In this document: piece by piece, positions 21,213 through 30,075 of the stretch
Layout of the letters: the number at the start of each line of letters is the position of its first letter
Numbering within the stretch: position 1 is the stretch's first letter
DNA from: an uncultured Thermoplasmatales archaeon
Lineage (GTDB): Archaea > Thermoplasmatota > E2 > DHVEG-1
DNA: 64,000 nt
NCBI GenBank assembly: GCA_964618505.1
Contig: CAZUBH010000003.1
Coordinates: 20,687-84,686 of the forward strand
Direction of reading: 5' to 3'
Position numbers and translations under genes: made by a program
Notes under the pieces: model-generated
What the model was told of the DNA's origin: nothing
The model's input: the letters and a program-made list of their open reading frames with translations, nothing else
Databases searched by the model: none

Positions 21213-21632
21213 TTAATCTCTAGAAGTTTCATTTAAGCATGTATTAAGAGCTCTCTTTATTAAATTGTTTGTTGCTCTTGAAATGTCAGTAGAAGTAATC
21301 ACACCCACTATTCTGTCCTGTTCTACAACTATTAATTTTTTAATTTGATGTTTTATCATTTTTTCGACGGCAGTTTCAAGGGATTCCATTGGACGTATTG
21401 TAATAATGTTTCTGTTCATTATTTCTGATATTGATGTTTCTTCTGGATTTTTCCGTGCAAGTATTGTCCCACCAATAATATCTCTTTTTGTAACAATGCC
21501 TTTATCCCCATCAATATCAATAGCAATAATGCTTCCAATCTTATTTTCCTTTAGAGAATATGCGGCATCATAAACAGTTTTATTTGAACTAATTGCAACT
21601 AAATTTTTTGCCATTACTTCTTTAACAAGCAT
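21213..21632 (-). CDS. Tandem CBS-domain protein
   Basis: Two CBS repeats (VKEVMAKNLVAIS..., ISEIMNRNIITIRP...); 139 aa. Confidence 0.8.
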   Translation of the reverse strand: MLVKEVMAKNLVAISSNKTVYDAAYSLKENKIGSIIAIDIDGDKGIVTKRDIIGGTILARKNPEETSISEIMNRNIITIRPMESLETAVEKMIKHQIKKLIVVEQDRIVGVITSTDISRATNNLIKRALNTCLNETSRD

Positions 21633-21737
21633 CTCAACACCGTCAAATTTAATTAAGTATATATAAAAACAATTTTTAGAATTTATGTTATATTTTATTC
21701 GAAAATTCTTTATATACCATTAACAAATTATAATTTA

Positions 21738-22802
21738 ATGAAAAAAGTTAAGATTTTGGGAGCTGGGCTTTCAGGATTAAGTGCTTCTATAAATCTTGCT
21801 AAAAATAATTGTGATGTTTTAATTTTTGAAAAAAGAAAAGATTGTGGGTGTAGATTTCATGGTGACTATGAAGGTATTGAAAATTGGTCATCTGAAGTCG
21901 ATGCTTTGGACGAGCTTAAGTTATTGGGGATTAAAAACAATTTTTACTATAAACCGTTTAAAAAAATGTATTTGACTGATGGTATTGATAAAGTTGAATT
22001 TGTATCAAAAAAACCGATATTTTATTTGATTAAGAGGGGAATAACAGAGGAATGTCTTGATCAATCACTAAAAAATCAGGCATTTAAATTAGGGGTTAAG
22101 ATAAAATTTGAATCAAATGTAAAGAACGCTGACATAATAGCAACTGGTCCTTCTAAGGATAAAATTACTGCTGTTGATAAAGGCATTATATTTGATACAG
22201 AAATGGATGATATTGCTGTTGCACTTGTCAATAAAAAAACTTCATTTAAAGGCTATTCTTATCTTTTGGTAAGCAAGGGCTATGGCAGAATTGGATCTGT
22301 AAGTATGTATCAATTTCAGAATATGAATAGATATTTTGAAAATACATATAGGGTTTTTAATAAATTATTTGATTTAGATATTAAAAATCAGAAAAAGTCA
22401 GGTGGAATAGGATCTTTTCGTTTAAACCCTAAATTATTTGAAAATAAAAGCATAGTTGTTGGGGAGGCAGCTGGTCTTCAGGATTTTTTATGGGGATTTG
22501 GTATGAGATATGCGTTTGTATCTGGATATCTTGCAGCAAAAAGCATTATTGAAAATGAATCCTACAAGAAATTAATTAAAAAAAATTTGTCAGATAGATT
22601 AAAAGCATCTATTGTAAATAGATACTATGCAGAAAGAATGGATGATTATGGACGATTTTTAATGAAAACCGGTAAAAGGCTAAAACAATATGAACATATT
22701 AAATTTTTACGAGATACATATAATTTTTCATTATTTTACAGAACAATATACCCAATTGCAAAAACTTCTTTAAAAATAAAATATAAAAAAAGAGCTGATT
22801 AA
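21738..22802 (+). CDS. FAD/NAD(P)-binding oxidoreductase (geranylgeranyl-reductase-like fold)
   Basis: N-terminal Rossmann KILGAGLSGLSASINLAK (GxGxxG) followed by E at ~+20; 354 aa. Confidence 0.5.
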   Translation: MKKVKILGAGLSGLSASINLAKNNCDVLIFEKRKDCGCRFHGDYEGIENWSSEVDALDELKLLGIKNNFYYKPFKKMYLTDGIDKVEFVSKKPIFYLIKRGITEECLDQSLKNQAFKLGVKIKFESNVKNADIIATGPSKDKITAVDKGIIFDTEMDDIAVALVNKKTSFKGYSYLLVSKGYGRIGSVSMYQFQNMNRYFENTYRVFNKLFDLDIKNQKKSGGIGSFRLNPKLFENKSIVVGEAAGLQDFLWGFGMRYAFVSGYLAAKSIIENESYKKLIKKNLSDRLKASIVNRYYAERMDDYGRFLMKTGKRLKQYEHIKFLRDTYNFSLFYRTIYPIAKTSLKIKYKKRAD

Positions 22803-22804
22803 AT

Positions 22805-23101
22805 TCAACAGGTGAGTTCTTCAACCTCTTTTTTACCTTTTTGCATTTCTTCAACTTGTTCTTTGTCAAATCTAAGCAGAAGTGTTTGAAATTCACCGAC
22901 ATGTTCTTTTTCTTCTTTTGCTACATCAAGTAAAACAGTTTTAATATGCTTATTTCTTGCAAGAGCAGCCATTTCTTCATATAAATTGATTGCGTCAAGT
23001 TCTGCAATAAGCGCTGCTCTCAGAATTTCTTTGTCAACATCATCTGGATTGATTTTATTAATATCAATTGGTATTTTTGATAACAAATAATTAACCTCCA
23101 A
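22805..23101 (-). CDS. Small ferritin-like protein resembling encapsulated ferritin (EncFtn / rubrerythrin-like)
   Basis: 98 aa; ELDAINLYEEMAAL...VAKEEKEHVGEFQTLLLRFDKE parallels the EncFtn E..Y...EEKEH pattern of di-iron ligands. Confidence 0.45.
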   Translation of the reverse strand: MEVNYLLSKIPIDINKINPDDVDKEILRAALIAELDAINLYEEMAALARNKHIKTVLLDVAKEEKEHVGEFQTLLLRFDKEQVEEMQKGKKEVEELTC

Positions 23102-23149
23102 ATCTTTAATGAATTTATCACTATTAAATTTTGATATTTATTAATTAAT

Positions 23150-24049
23150 TCATTTTTTAGCCTTAACGCAATAGTAACTAGGCCTCTCATAAAAAATTAA
23201 AAGTAATTCATAGACAAAAAATATGATAATTAAAAAAGGAACAAATAATGTAAATCTCAAAGATCTCTTCCAATTTTTTTTTATTTTTGATTTTATATTT
23301 GGAAATATTCTGAATACCAAAAATGCATATATGTGCGATTTTTTAACATTTCCTAAAGAAACTAAATCTCTTGTACTTATCTCTCTAAATTTATTCAATT
23401 CTAAATAATTTCTAAATCTATCAATTTCCACATAAAAATTTTTTATATCGTTTTCACTACATTTTAAATCTCTCAAATAATTATAAACATTTACAGTCAA
23501 CGAATTTATAACACGATTTTTTGGAAATGTGTCAATTATCAATAACTCACCTTTATTTTTTAAAATACGATTCATTTCCTTTAAGAACACATTTTTATTT
23601 GGTGAATAGCATGCTGATTCCAAAGCAAAAATTCTATCAAAGTAATCTTTTTCAAAGTTTGAATCCATATAAGATCTTTGGTAAAAATGCAAATTATCCA
23701 ATTTTTTCTGTTTTTTTAATTTATTTGCAATTTCTAATTCGCTTTTTGTAAGCATAATGCCAAAAAAGGTTGAATTTTCATATTTTTCAGAAAGATAAAC
23801 AGACGTCGACCCGATTCCACATCCTGCATCAAGAACTACATAACTATCTTCTTTTTCTAAATTAATCATTTTTTCAATAAAAAGTATCATGTTTTCCATT
23901 GCCTTTCTAATGGTTTTAATTCCTTTTTCATAAAAACCGTAATGATATCCTAATGTAACATCTTCATTTTCTCTTTTTATTTTTTTAGGATTTGACCATA
24001 TGTCTTCATAGTAGTTTTTTGTATCTTTTTCTATTTCAGATAATTTCAT
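23150..24049 (-). CDS. Class I SAM-dependent methyltransferase with C-terminal TM helix
   Basis: Motif I VLDAGCGIGSTS; C-terminal hydrophobic FTLFVPFLIIIFFVYELLLIF. Confidence 0.65.
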   Translation of the reverse strand: MKLSEIEKDTKNYYEDIWSNPKKIKRENEDVTLGYHYGFYEKGIKTIRKAMENMILFIEKMINLEKEDSYVVLDAGCGIGSTSVYLSEKYENSTFFGIMLTKSELEIANKLKKQKKLDNLHFYQRSYMDSNFEKDYFDRIFALESACYSPNKNVFLKEMNRILKNKGELLIIDTFPKNRVINSLTVNVYNYLRDLKCSENDIKNFYVEIDRFRNYLELNKFREISTRDLVSLGNVKKSHIYAFLVFRIFPNIKSKIKKNWKRSLRFTLFVPFLIIIFFVYELLLIFYERPSYYCVKAKK

Positions 24050-24195
24050 TATTATTGAATATTAGAACCATCTATTAAATAATTTAACTACTATACTTTG
24101 AATAAATTATAATCTGCATTTTTACACAAAAATTATATAAAGTAGTAAGGACATAATAATACATGTTAACATGTCATCAATTGTGAGGGATAAAT

Positions 24196-24285
24196 AATGA
24201 TATCTCAATGTTTGAACTGTTCAAAGGTTTATAGAACAAGCAGAAAAAAATGTCCAACATGCGGGTCTGAAATTAAGCGAATTTA
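24196..24285 (+). CDS. Mini zinc-ribbon protein (29 aa, CxxC-x13-CxxC)
   Basis: Hand-translated: MISQCLNCSKVYRTSRKKCPTCGSEIKRI; GAGGG Shine-Dalgarno-like 7 nt upstream; too short for the ORF track. Confidence 0.4.
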
Positions 24286-24294
24286 GGAGCAAAA

Positions 24295-24402
24295 ATGAAT
24301 TTAGAAATGAAAAAAGAATGTCCGAAATGCAGGCATACATTTCCTATGGATTTTACAATTTGTCCTAATTGTGGTAAGAAATATAGAAAATTACGTTGCT
24401 AA
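24295..24402 (+). CDS. Mini zinc-ribbon protein (35 aa, CxxC-x14-CxxC)
   Basis: Hand-translated: MNLEMKKECPKCRHTFPMDFTICPNCGKKYRKLRC; AGGAGC 5 nt upstream; tandem to the previous mini-ORF. Confidence 0.4.
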   Translation: MNLEMKKECPKCRHTFPMDFTICPNCGKKYRKLRC

Positions 24403-24406
24403 TTTT

Positions 24407-26278
24407 TTAAAATATATCTCTTTTTTCCCAGTTTTTAAGAATAATTTTTCGAATATCTTCTGAATTTTCTGATTCAATCCATTTTTTTATAAAATCTTTT
24501 ATTTCTGCAATTTGTGTAATCCAAACTAGAGAGTGATAATAAAAACTTTGTTGATCTGGCGAAGCAAGAATAACAAAAAAAGCATAAATTGGTTCAATTT
24601 CATTAGAAATCACTAGACCTTTTTTTGTTCTAATTAAAAGAATTTCAAATTTATCTCTACCAGGAATATTATGTGAAAAGATTGCTATACCAGGATGAAG
24701 CACCATATTTGAATCGTATTTTTTACTTTTTAATATATTATATAATTTTTCTTGCCCAATATCAAGTTTTTTGGAGAGAACCTTAGAAATTAATTTCGTA
24801 AATTTATCAGGATGAAGTAGTTTATCCAAGTCAATTATTTCACAATTTTTTATTATATCTCTAAAACGCTTTTCTTGGATATCATCTCTATCAACCAATA
24901 TTTCTCTTAATTCTTCATCAACAAGATAACCAGTTGATTTCACTCCCGTAATACGTTCAACAACATGAAGAAGTGAGTATTCTCTCCATATTTTATCTCG
25001 TGCAAAAAACCAGTACCAAAGAAACCCAGTAAAAATAAAACAACCAACAAAAATCAAAGGTGCAACACCCATCTGAATTATCAAAAAACTATAACCAACA
25101 ATACCGGCAATCTGTATCCATGGATAAACAGGTGAACGAAAGCTAGGACGATAATTTCTTATTTTGCTCTCCCTCATCATAATAAGGGATAAATTTACAA
25201 AAATAAATAATAAAAGTACAAGAGTTGACGCAGTTTTGACCAGACCTTCTAAGTCTAAAAAGACAATAAGAAATATCATAAAACCGGATGTGAACAATAA
25301 TGAAATGATTGGTGTACCATTTTTAGAAATTTTTGAAAAAATAGATGGTAACAGATGGTCTTTACTGAGAGCCATTGGATATCGTGATGAGGCTAGTAAT
25401 CCAGCGTTTGCTGTGGTTATGAAAGCAAGTACCGCAGCAATACCTAATATAATAAGTCCAATTTCTCCCATAAATACTTCTGCACCTTTTGAAATAGGCA
25501 TCAGTGTGTTGGTAAGTGTACTATGTTCCAATAGACCAATAGTAATGCTCACCACGCCAATATATAAAATAGAGACAATACCCCAAGCAAGAAAAATTCC
25601 TAAAGGCAAGTTTCGCTTTGGTTTACACACTTCTTCAGCAACACTACAAACTTTGGTTAGGCCCATAAATGAAACAAAAACAAAGCCTGTAGTCACAAAT
25701 ATTGATTCAATTCCATGAGTGGCGAATGGTTGGAATCGAGCTAAGTCAATATAAAATAAACCCCCTACAATGTAAAAAATGAGGATGCTAATAAGTCCAA
25801 ACACTAAAACAACCTGAGTTTTACCAGCGTGTTTTACGCCAAATAAGTTAATCACACTAAAGATAATACAGAACGAGACAGCAATTAGTTTGAGGCTCAT
25901 ATCGGTTAATCCAGGATTAAATAGCTGAACAAATGCTCCAATACCAATTAATGCAAATGCAGTTTTTGATGCTAAAGAAAACCAGGATGATAAACCGCCA
26001 ATTGTGCCAACGATAGGCCCCATACTACGGTCAATAAAGAAATAGTCTCCACCTGCCTTAGGCATCGCTGTGGCAAGTTCTGATGTTGAAAGCAAGGTTG
26101 GAATAATTAATAGACTAGCTATTAGATATGATATAATAACAGAAGATCCCGTTTTTGCATAAGCAAGGCCAGGTAATACAAACAAGCCAGAGCTGATCAT
26201 TGCACCTGATGCGATAGAAAAAATATCGATAAGGCCAAGTTCTTTTCTTAATCTACCCGCTTTTTCGCATACATCCAT
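24407..26278 (-). CDS. APC-superfamily amino-acid permease fused to a C-terminal PTS EIIA type-2-like regulatory domain
   Basis: ~12 predicted TM helices over ~430 aa, then a cytoplasmic domain with HPGIAIFSH (GIAIPH-like EIIA-2 motif). Confidence 0.75.
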   Translation of the reverse strand: MDVCEKAGRLRKELGLIDIFSIASGAMISSGLFVLPGLAYAKTGSSVIISYLIASLLIIPTLLSTSELATAMPKAGGDYFFIDRSMGPIVGTIGGLSSWFSLASKTAFALIGIGAFVQLFNPGLTDMSLKLIAVSFCIIFSVINLFGVKHAGKTQVVLVFGLISILIFYIVGGLFYIDLARFQPFATHGIESIFVTTGFVFVSFMGLTKVCSVAEEVCKPKRNLPLGIFLAWGIVSILYIGVVSITIGLLEHSTLTNTLMPISKGAEVFMGEIGLIILGIAAVLAFITTANAGLLASSRYPMALSKDHLLPSIFSKISKNGTPIISLLFTSGFMIFLIVFLDLEGLVKTASTLVLLLFIFVNLSLIMMRESKIRNYRPSFRSPVYPWIQIAGIVGYSFLIIQMGVAPLIFVGCFIFTGFLWYWFFARDKIWREYSLLHVVERITGVKSTGYLVDEELREILVDRDDIQEKRFRDIIKNCEIIDLDKLLHPDKFTKLISKVLSKKLDIGQEKLYNILKSKKYDSNMVLHPGIAIFSHNIPGRDKFEILLIRTKKGLVISNEIEPIYAFFVILASPDQQSFYYHSLVWITQIAEIKDFIKKWIESENSEDIRKIILKNWEKRDIF

Positions 26279-26328
26279 CCAGTAGGAATATATAAATATC
26301 TATTTTTAATGATTTTTGTTGTAATAAA

Positions 26329-26853
26329 TCAATTTTCTACATTTAGTTCTAAAAATTTATGAATTATATTTACAGCACTATCGATATTTGAATATTCTTT
26401 GATAATAAAATTAGGAATTTTTTCTTCAGATATTCCCTTGATCATAGTAGATAGTTTGTTTGGCCAATAATCTTTTTCATATAATGCAAGTATTGGTATT
26501 GGTTTTAGTCCAAGTCTAGGACGTAAATATGCATGGGCAATTTCAACTCCTGTTCCAAGACTTGGTGTAGAAACTTCAAAAACAGCTGCACAAATATTTC
26601 CTTCTATCCCTTCAATCATCTTGTTTCTAACATAAATCCTTCGATCATTTTCGTTTTTTGGTATTGGACCAATAGCTTTTTCGAGCTTTTTTATAGCTTC
26701 GTCATAGCTTTTTCCAGTAGTATGTTCTGTATAAACTTCAAATCCGTTTTCTTTTATTGTATTTATTATTTTTTCATGTATTTTTGCCCTTTCTTTCCTA
26801 TTTTTTGCACCTTGTATCGCAGCACCATAAAATACATTCATATTAATAATCAC
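26329..26853 (-). CDS. Nucleoside 2-deoxyribosyltransferase-like protein
   Basis: 174 aa; C-terminal STPSLGTGVEIAHAY resembles the NDT family D.GT.fE.G.A motif. Confidence 0.45.
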   Translation of the reverse strand: MIINMNVFYGAAIQGAKNRKERAKIHEKIINTIKENGFEVYTEHTTGKSYDEAIKKLEKAIGPIPKNENDRRIYVRNKMIEGIEGNICAAVFEVSTPSLGTGVEIAHAYLRPRLGLKPIPILALYEKDYWPNKLSTMIKGISEEKIPNFIIKEYSNIDSAVNIIHKFLELNVEN

Positions 26854-27120
26854 TTAATCATAAATTTTTTCAATTTCATTTAAAACCTTTTTACCCTTAT
26901 CAGTTAAAATAAATTTTCTCCAACTTATTTTTTCATCTATAGATTTTAAAATATTTTCTTTTTCTAATTCATTAATTGCTCTTGATATATTTTGTATGGA
27001 TCTATTATTTTCTTTTGCAATATCAGATGGATGAAGTATCTTTTCTTTTTTAAAAGCTTTGATTGCAATCAGACGTCTATCAACATCTATTACCCAAAGT
27101 GCACATTCTCTTATACTCAT
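26854..27120 (-). CDS. Winged-helix transcriptional regulator
   Basis: 88 aa; HTH-like LHPSDIAKENNRSIQNISRAINELEKENIL; 4-nt coupling with downstream gene. Confidence 0.55.
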   Translation of the reverse strand: MSIRECALWVIDVDRRLIAIKAFKKEKILHPSDIAKENNRSIQNISRAINELEKENILKSIDEKISWRKFILTDKGKKVLNEIEKIYD

Positions 27121-27736
27121 GAGTTTTCTCCATAATTTTTTTTATAAATAATCTGAAATCTAATAGAATATTCAATATTTAATATTTTCTAATAATTAAT
27201 CATAATTTTTCATAACTTAAGATACAAATCGAGCATAATAAACTTTAATAATAAATCATATATATTCATAATTACTAATATGGATATTATATCTTGGAAA
27301 ACTAAAAAATTAAGACTAATAACATCCATTTTGATAATTTCACTAACAATTTTCATATTTATTTTTAATATTATCATTCTCGGTGAGATAAGTAATGTAA
27401 TGATTGTGGCAAGTCTTATTTTGATAATCAAAATTATAGATTTTTTTTATTTGATATTCCAAAAATTAGGAAGAAATAATATTTTTAATTTTTTAATAAA
27501 TTTATATAATTATATAATAATAAATAAGAGAAAGCAAGAATAATAAATATAATTTAATTACCTAAAAAAATTTAATACTATTTGAATTTATACGCACAAC
27601 ATTAGGATTAGAGGTTGGTGATAATCACAATATTAAATAGCTATACACCAAATTAAATAAAGTTTAATTTGATTACAAAAAAATTTTATTATTATATTGG
27701 GTGCGATTTAAAAAATAAAATGAAAAGGTAAATATA

Positions 27737-28282
27737 ATGACTCAGAAGAGGAAGGTTCATAAAAGAGATGTATTTGTATTAGTTACAACTCTTTTTCTTT
27801 TCTGGATTTTATTAACTGTTAATTTTTCATTGAATTTTTTATTTTTTGGTTTTTTAATATCTCTTAGTATAGGTTTGATTGCGACTAGATTAACTCTTGC
27901 TTCTTTAGAAGGCAAAAGAAAAACATTGAAGCAATATTTTTTTGCTACCGAACATTTGTTTGGCTTATTTTTTTCTGCCATTTTTAGAATAACTATTGCA
28001 AATGTTGAACTTATTTATCAAGTTTTAACATTAAAAATAGAACCAAAAATAGTACGATTAAAAGTAAATTTAAGTTCTGATGCTGAATTAACTCTTATCT
28101 CTCATTTAATAACACTTACACCTGGGACTTTAGTTATTGATGTAGATGATTCCAATCAAAAAGGAGAATCTTTTTTATTTATACATTTCTCTTACTATCG
28201 TTCAGCAGAAGAAGATTCTGCTGTAAAAGTAGAAAATAGTATTGAAAGCTGGGATAAAATGATAGGAGCTCTGTTTAAATGA
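27737..28282 (+). CDS. mrpE: Mrp/Mbh antiporter subunit E (MnhE/MbhA-like)
   Basis: LTLISHLITLTPGTLVIDVD is the MnhE signature. Confidence 0.8.
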   Translation: MTQKRKVHKRDVFVLVTTLFLFWILLTVNFSLNFLFFGFLISLSIGLIATRLTLASLEGKRKTLKQYFFATEHLFGLFFSAIFRITIANVELIYQVLTLKIEPKIVRLKVNLSSDAELTLISHLITLTPGTLVIDVDDSNQKGESFLFIHFSYYRSAEEDSAVKVENSIESWDKMIGALFK

Positions 28283-28530
28283 TTGTTTTTATATATTTTT
28301 TGATAGGAGTTTCTATATTTTCGGCTTATAGATTAATTTTTGGCCCAACTATTCAAGATAGACTAGTATCATTAAATAGTATATCTGTAATTTTTATCAT
28401 AATCTTAGCTTTATATAGTTTTGAATCAAAAAATATATTTTTTCTCGATATTGCCATATCGTTTCTTCTTTTGGATTTTATTGGTATGATTGCCTATACT
28501 AAATATCTTGGACATGAGGAGGATAAATGA
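28279..28530 (+). CDS. mrpF: Mrp antiporter subunit F
   Basis: 83 aa, 3 TM, operon position after E with 4-nt overlap. Confidence 0.65.
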   Translation: MIVFIYFLIGVSIFSAYRLIFGPTIQDRLVSLNSISVIFIIILALYSFESKNIFFLDIAISFLLLDFIGMIAYTKYLGHEEDK

Positions 28531-28883
28531 TGAATTTTGTTGAAATAATATCGTATATATTTATATCCATTGGTTGCTTTATAATGGCAATCGCCTCTTT
28601 AGGATTGTATAGGTTCCCCGATGTTTATATGAGGCTTCATGCCAGTGCCAAAATAAATACTGGCGGAGCAATGAATATACTATTTGGTTTGATGTTAAGA
28701 TTTGGATTCCAATTGACAACTATTAAATTTTTTGTATTATTAATTTTAATTTTTATTTTAACTCCTGTAATATCGCATGCTATTGCTCGGTCTGCTCATA
28801 TTAAAGGGAAAACAGATTTAATTCCATTCCTAGCGCATTCTAAAGAAAAATTTGCTTTCAAAAATCCTTGGAGAAAAAAATGA
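28527..28883 (+). CDS. mrpG: Mrp antiporter subunit G
   Basis: 118 aa membrane protein, position F->G, overlapping starts. Confidence 0.65.
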   Translation: MMNFVEIISYIFISIGCFIMAIASLGLYRFPDVYMRLHASAKINTGGAMNILFGLMLRFGFQLTTIKFFVLLILIFILTPVISHAIARSAHIKGKTDLIPFLAHSKEKFAFKNPWRKK

Positions 28884-29110
28884 TATTAGAAATTTTTCTT
28901 GTTATTCTAGTTATTGCATCAATTTTTTTTGTAATAGCAAAAACTTTGCTAAAATCATTGATTTTTTTATCATTTAATACACTTATACTAGTCATTATAT
29001 TATTTTTACTTCAGGCGCCTGATGTAGCTATAACAATGGCAGTTGTAGGTACCGGAGCTACTACTATTCTTTATTTATCAGTTATAAAAAAATTAGGAGG
29101 ATTAAATTGA
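28868..29110 (+). CDS. MrpB-related small membrane subunit (DUF4040/MbhD-like)
   Basis: 80 aa, 3 TM, position equivalent to MbhD. Confidence 0.45.
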   Translation: MEKKMILEIFLVILVIASIFFVIAKTLLKSLIFLSFNTLILVIILFLLQAPDVAITMAVVGTGATTILYLSVIKKLGGLN

Positions 29111-29376
29111 AAAAAAATATTCTTTTTAATCTTTTTGTATTTTTAATACTTGGTTTTTTTGGATTTATAGTTATTTTTTCAACTCAGTTAAAGTATTCTA
29201 CAAATCTAAACACAATTATTTCTACATACTATGTTGAAAATATTTCTTTGACTGGCGCTTTAAACGCGGTTGTTGCAATTTTACTTGACTTTAGAGGCTA
29301 TGATACTTTGGGTGAGATCCTAGTTATTTTTGTTACAATTACTGGCATATCGCTTTTAATTGGGAGGAAAGCATGA
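29107..29376 (+). CDS. mrpB: Mrp antiporter subunit B domain (MnhB)
   Basis: NAVVAILLDFRGYDTLGE matches the MnhB signature. Confidence 0.65.
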   Translation: MKKNILFNLFVFLILGFFGFIVIFSTQLKYSTNLNTIISTYYVENISLTGALNAVVAILLDFRGYDTLGEILVIFVTITGISLLIGRKA

Positions 29377-29759
29377 CATCTAGGATTGTTAAAACGATTT
29401 CGAGGACCATTATTCCTTTTATTTTTCTATTTGGAGTATATATGATCCTCTTCGGACATATCTCGCCTGGAGGCGGTTTCCAAGGTGGAGTTATTGTGGC
29501 AATGGGAATAATACTGGCTATCGTTGCTTATGGAGAGGACATAATAGAAAGATATAGAACTGAAATATCGCTAATTGAAATACTTGGGGTTGCCTTTTTT
29601 ATTCTTGCAGGTGTGTTTGGGATATTAATCGGTAAATCCTTTTTTTCAAGCCTTAATGCAATATGGATTTTAAACGTTATAATTGGCGTGAAGGTCTGTT
29701 CTGGAATTGTGCTTTTTTTCATGCTTTTTATAAGATGGGAGTATATCGATAATGATTAA
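29373..29759 (+). CDS. MrpB-related membrane subunit (MbhF-like)
   Basis: GHISPGGGFQGG motif; 128 aa. Confidence 0.5.
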   Translation: MTSRIVKTISRTIIPFIFLFGVYMILFGHISPGGGFQGGVIVAMGIILAIVAYGEDIIERYRTEISLIEILGVAFFILAGVFGILIGKSFFSSLNAIWILNVIIGVKVCSGIVLFFMLFIRWEYIDND

Positions 29760-30075
29760 CGGAATAAATGTTGGCATAGTATTATTCCTAATCGGTCTTT
29801 ATGGCATAATTACAAATAAAAATCTAATAAAAATAATTATGTCTTTAGGGATATGTAGTAATGGTATTGTACTATTTTTTATATCAATTGGTTATGTTAA
29901 AAACGCTTTTCCTCCAATTATAGATGTCGCCACGATGAATGTTGTCGACCCTGTTCCGCAAGCATTAATGCTTACTATGATTGTAATAAATCTTTGTGAT
30001 ACAGCAATAGCTTTAGCAGTAATAGTATGGATTCATAAAAAATTTGGAACTGTGGATATTACGGAGATACTATGA
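29752..30075 (+). CDS. mrpC: Mrp antiporter subunit C (NuoK-like)
   Basis: 107 aa, 3 TM, NuoK/MnhC pattern. Confidence 0.75.
   Translation: MINGINVGIVLFLIGLYGIITNKNLIKIIMSLGICSNGIVLFFISIGYVKNAFPPIIDVATMNVVDPVPQALMLTMIVINLCDTAIALAVIVWIHKKFGTVDITEIL

Noticed and set aside
21213-21632. Duplication of the CBS-pair gene (second copy at 58198-58617) as a repeat element
   Set aside because: Protein-level paralogy only; nucleotide sequences differ substantially, so not a recent repeat.
22805-24049. Encapsulin shell gene next to the EncFtn-like ORF
   Set aside because: The adjacent ORF is a SAM methyltransferase with a TM helix, not an HK97-fold protein.
25164-25718. 184-aa plus-strand ORF inside the APC permease gene
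   Set aside because: Antisense shadow ORF of a well-supported membrane protein gene.
27121-27736. ORFs 27210..27431 (-) and 27280..27543 (+) in the 600-bp AT-rich region upstream of the Mrp operon
   Set aside because: Extremely AT-rich (Ile/Leu/Asn/Lys) low-complexity translations, mutually overlapping on opposite strands; more likely a long divergent promoter/leader region. A real small membrane protein cannot be excluded.
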